A stretch of 58,248 nt of DNA, filler included, from Sphacelaria rigidula (lineage: Eukaryota): NCBI GenBank assembly GCA_964200075.2. It is 6 parts of 6 records of this genome, joined end to end, with 100 filler letters (N's around TTAATTAATTAA, not from the genome) between each part and the next. Parts side by side here need not be neighbours in the genome. Positions count along the whole stretch, not along the records: positions 48,625 to 58,248 come from CAXNAA020008080.1; 5 more parts are not named here. One strand, 5' to 3'. The notes under the pieces were generated by a model. The model was not told the DNA's origin. It ran no database searches and saw only the letters and a program-made list of their open reading frames with translations. Below, one piece after another: positions 50,481 through 58,248 of this stretch (position 1 is its first letter; every line of letters begins with the position of its first letter). The translations under genes were made by a program, and so were the position numbers.

Positions 50481-50848
50481 GATCGCCATTTTGGCATGTG
50501 CTGAGAAATTTCCTTTTATGACGTGTAACCTAGTGAACGGCTGTTACAGGAGTAGTTCCCGGGAGCCCCGGAACTCCGACATCTGTATAGCCGGATCTGG
50601 GACCCCAAGGTAACAGGGATCTTTCCAGCGAACTGCTGGCTATCCCTGGGGATCACTTCTTCTTCGGGCTAACTCGCTCGCGCTCGTCGAGCTTTCCCGG
50701 GTGATGTACTCGCCTGCACCCCACGATTTACGGTCAATCCCTGACTACATAACACGGGTAAAATCAGCGGCCACCTTCGTCGGTTGCTACCGCCCCCGGG
50801 AGTCTCACGACCTCCACATAATCTTGTTTTGCGAACAATCCGTGTTAA

Positions 50849-51801
50849 CCCTTAGACTGTGAATCCCCCTCTGATGAACTCAAATGAACTATGCCACATT
50901 TGGGGTTCAAAACAGCTGTTTTTTCAGTACACGATGTGTGGGTGTTGGGCATACATATCGAAAATAGTACAGGAGAACCCCTGGCCGGCTTTTGCCCTGC
51001 AGTCAAGTTGAGTGCAGTCGGTGTATGTATGTTGTATGTCTTCGCTGGATACAACGACAAGGAACAGTAAGTGTGCTATTGCTCTCCGCTGAACACAGTC
51101 TACTGCACGACGGTGATCTATTTGCTTAGTGTTCCATAACACTACAGTGTGAAGCCATGGTGACAACACAAGAGGGGTCAGGCAGGCGGCAAGAACCACG
51201 AGCAGAGTCAAGAGTACGTTGTTTGTGCCCATGTTATCTATGGTTGCAAATGAGAGATATGGCTAGAATGCGAGGCAGTTCATCTGTAGTCCATGTGGGA
51301 TGTGGGATACTGATCATTCTAACCAATCACAGCTATCGAAATGGCCACTTTGCCCATCTCGGACTTCGCTCTTGGCTTGGAAATTTCCGTGGGAAACTTC
51401 CAAAATATGCACATGTTTGACTCAATGAGCTTTTTGAATTTTCCACACCCTGAACAATATATGGTCAAAAGATGCAATATACCAAATATGTGCTGGATAA
51501 AGTATAGACCTATTGCAACTATTGACTGCCGACAATAGTTGCAATAGGTCTATACTTTACTCAGTACACTTCTTTTCTATTGCATCTATTGACCATACAT
51601 TGTCCAGGGTGCGGACTTCCCTACGAACATGCCTCCACCCCCCTGTCTGAAACCATCCCCTCGCCCCTGGAAATCCCCCGGTCAATGATCATATGACTAT
51701 GACATGCACTATCATGAGTACACTCCCCTCTGGAAACCCCCAGATGTCCCTGGACTGTCAACCGGTGAAACTGTTCCGAGGCGACGCTCGTAGTGTCAGG
51801 G
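50849..51801 (+). mobile_element. Non-autonomous piggyBac-like element (~950 bp) of the contig-1 family
   Basis: TTAA at 50845-50848 and 51802-51805. The left end cccttagactgtgaatccccc matches the 9444 end. The reverse complement of the right end (cgagcgtcgcctcggaacagtttcaccggttgacagtccagggacatctgggggtttccagag) matches 1148-1209. Confidence 0.88.
51442..51615. repeat. 174-nt hairpin/palindrome with a perfect 27-bp inner stem
   Basis: taaagtatagacctattgcaactattg-actgccga-caatagttgcaataggtctatacttta, with imperfect outer arms. Confidence 0.9.
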
Positions 51802-53863
51802 TTAACGCTAAACCACTGACCAAGCCAGCAGTTTAACATTCATTGCCACTCACATGGCACGAGTTGCCTGCAATGCATCACCACAACACACGCCCCTTAC
51901 GAGAATACAAGTGAAGCTGTGATCCCCGAGGTTGCTATTTTACGTCACATCCCACACTGCTGCGTACTGTTTCAACACCCTGTCTCGTGCGAATGGCTTG
52001 CCAACCACCTCGTCTCGTGAGCCAGACACCCCAGCAAATAAACCAGAGCGTGATATGCGATGAACTGGAAGTTGTGAACACCTCTGGCGTAACTCTGGCA
52101 ACCGCGGAGGTCGTGTCCATGCTGCAGCTATCATGTCCACATTCGTGGATGTCATGTGAAGCACGTCCAGGTCACTTGTCGAGCAAGACGAGACGCTCGT
52201 GGGAACGATAGCTGACTACTTCTGTTGGGAAAATACTGGTGGATGGCATCATGTAGAGGGCCGGGGTCGCGGAACCCCAGGGATATCAGGAACATTCTCT
52301 CAATAAATATCCGGATCTTGCACGAAACGTCCCCGATTTACAATGCTTGAGCAAGAAACACCCACACGTATCATAGCTGCGATTCGATTTTGGTGGAGTC
52401 GTCTCGTAAGCAGGGAAGGTTTGGCGGTAGAGGATATGCGGAGACGAGGGGGGGCGACTCCGAGGGAACGGCAGGGTTGAGCAGCCGATAGGCGTGAACA
52501 GCGAGCGTCGTGTAGTCGCCACTTGTACTCGTTATCACGGGGTGGTAACCCGGTGAAAGCCCCCCGATAGTTCACGATACGTTTTTTGCGGCTTCCACAT
52601 CACGATGTTTCTCGCCGCGATTGACCGAAGATCGGCTGAAATGGGTTAGGAGCGTCTGCAATTGCCCCCCGAACCCCGCACTTCCGGATGCAAGTGGTGA
52701 GGCAAGGCCTCGTGTCAGCCGCACCGTACAGAACCGCACCCTTGAGCCTCCTCAGGATGCGCGCTCCAAGATCAGTCTTGTGAGCTCTACGCTGAGTATC
52801 TTCGTCTACGATTATCCTCTGAGATATTTTCGCCTGCCTGATGGTTTAAGACACTCAAATTGAAGATACGTACATGGGTACGTGTGGACAAGTAAAAAAA
52901 AATACTACAAAATATCCCGACCTGTCATGGCAGTAGGATGTGACGACATCATCGCGGATATATAGGCGACTGCGCTCAAAGGCGCCAGGCGAGGGCGCAC
53001 TCCCGATCGTGGTTGGGTGCGTCGTCCATTGGATAGTTACCTACATTTCGCACTCTACAGTCGGTGTCAATCCCCACGGCCGGTACGATACAATTTGTCG
53101 TACCGATGAATGATGTCCTGTTATACGCTATCCTGCACTATCATGCAGTGTACCGTACTGCAAGTGTACCACTGTACACGATTCACTGGACGCACACTTT
53201 GCACGAAGCACTTCACCTCAGGTCGCTGCATTGACCGCAAGCTGACTACGGAAAACGTTCAATTTGAGCATGACCGTCCATTGAAATGACGCTCAGAGGT
53301 TAGCCTGCAATGCTGTCCGACGTCAATCGTTATTTTTTTGTGCCACGCTCTCGTACTTCTACATCAAGTCAGATCCTTGTATTGAGCATCCCCCCCCCCC
53401 CCCCTCGATCCTGTTTTACGATCACCCTTTTGCCCCTCGAATCCCCAGGTCCGAGGCTGTCCTATAGAGGAACGGGTCCCTCTACGCACGCCCGGCCCCG
53501 AATGGGAAACCGCCTTTTTGAAATACTTGTCCAAGATAGATTGTCCCTATAATCTCACTGCCGGAGGGAACGACACCCCAGGTACCCATTTATTCTGATG
53601 TGGACATTCAACGATCATGTTTTGATGTGGCGACTTTTGCGATGTATTTACTTACTGTGCTTGTTGCGCGTAGGGATGGTTGAGGACTTCTCCGTAGGTC
53701 GATCAGGCTCGAATGCGTGCTGTCGTTCTCCGAGACTCTACTGTTCGCTCGTTCTGATTCACTGGGGGCAAGTGAAGTCACTTGCAGCGAGGGCCTCAGG
53801 GCTTCTAGGCCAGGGTTCAAACGCTGCCAGCGGCCTAAGTGTTTGGCCCGTTTTGTTCAACAG

Positions 53864-55248
53864 GAAGCGGTCCGAGCCCGGCTACATTGCGAGGACTGTC
53901 GTGGCTTGTAAGCAAGGCGGTCGCATGCGAGTTCGAGGACCAAGGGTCGAAGTACAATGCCGCTGCACGAGAGGTACTGCACGCCTTGCCATCATTTATA
54001 TACCCCGAGGACAAGGACGCAAGTGTTGCACGTTTCTAGTATCGAAGCTTTCAGAGAATTCCTCTGTTCTTCTAGTACGCGCTTGCATTGGCGCATCGGT
54101 GATGAATTCGTGTCGACCCCATTTGGTCGTTTTGCTGTGTCACTTGTCCTCTGAAAAAAATGGTCATCGACGATACCATGCCAAATCAAGCCAATGATTG
54201 CTATGCCAACGCGCTCCGGCGATCGAAATGGTACAGCTCAATCCTCTTGATGGCGGAAGATGGAATGTTTCGGTGGATGCTTTTATTTGCTTGGCAGCTT
54301 TGTGAGAGATTGTATGATTTTCGTCGGTGAACGTGAGGACGCGCGTAGCAAAGTATGACGAATTTGACAACAGTCGACGCGGTGCGGCAGAAATGGTTAT
54401 AATCCAATCCGCGATACCATAAATTATGGCGTGTGCTGTGGGGAAAATGGATTAACCCCTTGAGACCACGGACTCGTTCCGAGGAACGGGAGGCGGTTAA
54501 AAAATGTTCCGTAAAGAAAAGAGTGCAAAATAGTCGACGCGCGAACTTCATCGACTTCGTATGAAACGCCGAACTTTGGCGTAAGATGACGCCCAGTATC
54601 CTTTTGCCCGTATCATCCCTGGAACTATCGCAGCTACTGGATCAAGCGCACCCTTCATCGCAAGGTCCACCCGACTCCAATGCGCCGAAAGAAGAACAAG
54701 GGGACACAGCACCTTGGTCCCCGGGTTTCCTGTCGGCACTCGAGGAGGCCTGCCGAGTACTAGGTGTTGATCCGCCAGGAGGGGCACCTATGTGCCCTGC
54801 CGTGCCATCAGCTTCCGAGTCTACAAGTGTGGCGAAAGTAGGGACAGCTCCCAACGTGAATCCAGTGGTCAGGGGCGACTCCGGCGTTGTACGAGCATTG
54901 GAGGCGTTATTGGCTGCGGCCCAGGCCAGGGTACTAGCACGGGAGATGACTGATAATATCATCAAGTCAAACGGCGAGGATCGGCGAGTTGGCGGTGTCG
55001 TTCCCGTTGGTGCTAAAATGCAGACGGCCGCGGGTTCAGGAGACGGAGGAGTGGATAATGACGGTTGTCGTGATGATGATGTTTTGTCTGGTTTCGCCGC
55101 CGGGGTGTGTAGCGGGGACGAAGCGATCGACCGCGTGACCACTGTACTGCGGATGCTGTTTCTGTTGGATTTGAGAGGGTTACAGGATGACGTGAACGCT
55201 GTTCTGGCTATGGCACAGAGTACCAGGACCCGACTGAATCTCAAATGA
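53864..55248 (+). CDS. RTRAF: RTRAF/C14orf166/CGI-99-like (RLL family) protein, last two exons; tentative upstream exons at 52631-52696 and ~52171-52238
   Basis: Exon 53864-53973 reads LSWLVSKAVACEFEDQGSKY. Exon 54634-55248 ends GVCSGDEAIDRVTTVLRMLFLLDLRGLQDDVNAVLAMAQ, resembling the RTRAF GFDTGDAVLNEAAQILRLLHIEELRELQTKINE region. The tentative exon reads KWVRSVCNCP. Confidence 0.75.
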
Positions 55249-55995
55249 AGGAAGTGAAACCGAAGGTCGCCCGTAGACTCTTTTAGTTGTACAGTAGCAC
55301 ATACTCTGCGTTTCCCCCGCATGTGTGCATCTGATACGATCCAGGTGACCAAAGCACGATATCAGGGCTTATTCTCCGCCAAAAATTGTGAGAACCGCAA
55401 GTTTTGAGACGTTTTCACTGAGGTGGAGCGTGTGTGGTGGTCATATTGCTCCCCAAGCAAGATGGCCTGTAGCAGCAGTTGGTGAATAGGAAGGGACCCT
55501 CTACTGTCGTCGTGTTGTGTGGTGTTTGCTGCCAGAGGTCCGGACAAGAAACGAGGGTGTATCACATATTGGGTGTCAGCCAATCAAATTCCCGAGGTGA
55601 CGTCATCCACGACCGAGTGATGCCGCGATAGCACCCTCCCCCCCAAACCAACCCCAAAACTATCACGAGAAAAATGGTCATGGAATATATGACAGTTGGT
55701 TTCACACTGCACGAAGCGCCTCATGTGGGTGACATTGACTATAATAAAATAAAACAATCCCGAGCGAACGAGCTCTCAGCTGCTTGGTATGCTCCGCTTC
55801 TTGTCATTTTGATTTACATGTAGATTTTGGGGGGTTTATCGCGGCATCAGTCGTCCAAACGTCCCGTTGCCACATAATTGGCGCCGTGATCGTGGATGAC
55901 ATCACCCGTCGACCTTGGATCGTTCTTCGGCCAATCATATTCCCCCGCCAAACGCGTTTTGGACGGTTACAACACTACATGTGTCTCGCGTTTAA

Positions 55996-56094
55996 CCTTA
56001 GACAGCGAGAGTAGGTCATCTCTTGAATCGCGGCATCACGTTCACCCGAAAAAAATGTGCATGATCTAGATGGACTACCCTCGCGGTCTGAGGG
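55996..56094. mobile_element. Tiny piggyBac-like MITE (~100 bp)
   Basis: TTAA-ccttagacagcgagagtaggtcatct ... agatggactaccctcgcggtctgaggg-TTGG; the termini resemble the contig-1 TIR. Confidence 0.6.
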
Positions 56095-56764
56095 TTGGGC
56101 GTTGCAACTTTGACGCTAAAAAACACCGTCGATAGATGAAGCTCGCAGTTTTATACCTATGACAAGGGCAAGAGCAGCAACAAGAGCAGCAAGGCAACGA
56201 ACGGGGAAACCTAGCACATTACCAAATGCGCCAGAAGGAACTGAAGACAAAAAGTCAAGCCAAAGTCACTCAATCAAGAATTTCACTAATTCTATTCTTA
56301 TTTCGTTTTGTCGCACTTTGAATCCCTCCCTTTCCTCGGGACGAGCCCATGGTCTCAAGGGACCAACCCATCTCTCCCCGGTAGAATTCCTATGGCAGAA
56401 CCCCATCGTACTGTCATGCTCCACAAAATGCAAAGAATTCACCCGAAATACAGACGTACGTCTCTACGAGTACTTCCTTGTACTATATAATGCCATGCTC
56501 ATCAGAATTGAAGATCACAACAGTTTTTTTTTACAAGATGAAAACACAGTCTACGTGAACCAGACAGGGAAAGGCAGACGTAGACGCGAACGCAAACACG
56601 CATCACAAGACCAGCTCTTTCTTGAGCACCACAACAGGCGGAACAGCTGTCCACTGTGGCAGAGAAGCCGTCTCTTGAGAACCAACACCAGTTATGGCCT
56701 ACACTTCACAGCGATGGTCCACCCTCTCCATTGCAATTACCATATGCCAACGCAGGCGTGTCAC

Positions 56765-58214
56765 TACTGAACACGTGTCCACTTTCTGCTAGTCCCCGCC
56801 CAGCCAAGCGCAACCCTCCACAAAATAGAAATGAAACCGATCGACGGATACACCATATCGGTAAGTTGTGGCGACAGAGTGCGAGCATCAGAAGTACATG
56901 TTGTCTGAGCCACGTGGTGGAGGTAGATGGTCATTATCTGGCCTGCAGCACACGAGAGATAAATGTCATCGCAAAACAAGCACGGTGGAGAGGTAAGCAA
57001 CAGACGGGTCAGAGAGACCAATGCGGTCGAAGTCGCACGCTTGTATTTGAGGGCCCGTTGTCCATGTAGAGCGGGCCGACGCATATGACCGCGGACCGCT
57101 GACGTCCTGCTAGTAGTGTTAACGCCCACAGCAACCGTATACTTCATATCATATCATGTATACAGGGTTTGATTTCGTGTCATGGGAATGTATGTGTGGG
57201 GGGAGTGATTCAAGCAGTACAACAGATAAAACAGAAAATTATCACGGACTGGACGGTATGTCACATGCTGACGTCATTCTCGAGAGACTTGTCATCCAAT
57301 AATCGCTGCAGCACAAGGTTACAACGTGAGCCGGAGAGACCCTTCGGAACTCGATATTGTGAAATCATGCCCAAGGCTTATGACAACAACTCGACACGAG
57401 ACAAGCGATGTGAAGATACTAGTCGAAGGAAGTATCCTTCTACTGTATAATACAAAACAGCCAAAACAAACCACAAGATGAACCAAAGCTGATTTCCATC
57501 TGAATGCATACTGTCACTCCATCGCGGTGCTAAACTTCATCAATCAATACACCAACGCTCCAGCGGTAGAAAAAGGATGTTCCCAGAATCACCGTCAACA
57601 TACGTATTCTACTTGTTTTTGTGCAGACACTCGAGATACGGGTTTGCATGAAGCCGACAGTTCTGAGTGCTCGCCGGCGTGCGTATAGCCCCTATCCTTA
57701 CCCAAATCAGTCGCTGATCCGCAGCTTTGAGCTCTGACTATTAAGCCTTTTGGGATCGGACCCGCACCAACACAGGGTTGATCCTGTGTTAGTGAAATAA
57801 TAAAAAATAAGTCTTCGAGCGACCTGCCCAATCACAGCGAGGCGAAATTTATCGACCAGACCCGAACGACCGGTGCTGGGGTTGTTGTCGGATGTGATGC
57901 CACTGCAAAGATCGTGTGGGGCCCTATCCCTGGCCCAGATAAGCCTTCCCAGGTTTCCAAATGCAGGGCGGTCGCAGCTTGGTTTATGGTATTACTTGCA
58001 CTCACCGTTCCTGAGTTTTTCCGAAGCGTTTTTTGGGTCTCAATTTCCTACTAAAACGTAGTTATTTACGCTAACACGGGGTGGGCCGGGAAAACCCGGG
58101 AAGGAGTGTACATGCTACCATGTGGCCATTTTCACCACGCCCTAAAACCAGGTGGGCTGTCGAAAGACAAAAGGAGTTACTGTCATGAGTTCTGCTTATC
58201 CCTCTGCCGATGAC
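56765..58214 (-). CDS. Probable 3' exons of an unidentified gene
   Basis: Phase-compatible AG/GT exons 58119-58214, 58006-58047, 57604-57783 (ctaac branch site, gtatgt donor) and 57039-57106, plus a possible terminal exon ~56765-56816. No recognisable domain. Confidence 0.4.
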
Positions 58215-58248
58215 CTGCAGGGTGCAGTCAACATGTATGTAGTGGGCG

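Noticed and set aside
54452..54500. TTAACCCC...GGTTAA as a mini piggyBac
   Set aside because: It is an internal part of the SINE-like family; the homologous copies at ~38100-38145 and ~56320-56365 lack these TTAA motifs.
20302..55248. Functional gene cluster (TRM1 + RTRAF tRNA processing, TOM70, HORMAD)
   Set aside because: Each gene is on a separate, artificially joined contig.

Overview
Eukaryotic genomic DNA, most likely a brown alga (Phaeophyceae; inferred from intron-dense genes with short exons, the repeat landscape and the gene set). The window is not one locus. It is six contigs of 9626, 9626, 9624, 9624, 9624 and 9624 bp joined by artificial 100-bp spacers (N44-TTAATTAATTAA-N44), which looks like size-sorted unplaced contigs. 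Contig 1 (1-9626) holds a decayed ~8.3-kb piggyBac-like element (1137-9444, TTAA flanks, minus strand). It has an intron-containing transposase, a possible OTU-like upstream domain, and nested MITEs, foldbacks and a SINE. Contig 2 (9727-19352) holds a full-length but decayed Ty3/Gypsy chromovirus with both LTRs and a 4-bp TSD, plus minisatellites. Contig 3 (19453-29076) holds the last nine exons of a TOM70-like TPR gene. Contig 4 (29177-38800) holds the 3' part of a TRM1 tRNA m2,2G26 methyltransferase gene with large low-complexity insertions. Contig 5 (38901-48524) holds a meiotic HORMA-domain gene (HOP1/ASY1/HORMAD-like). Contig 6 (48625-58248) holds a tyrosine-recombinase (DIRS/Ngaro-like) retrotransposon remnant, a non-autonomous derivative of the contig-1 piggyBac family, an RTRAF/CGI-99-like gene and the probable 3' end of an unknown gene. 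No CRISPR, rRNA or intact tRNA was found. The best novelty candidate is the piggyBac family with an intron and putative OTU-like cargo. All protein family calls come from recognising motifs by eye, not from database searches.
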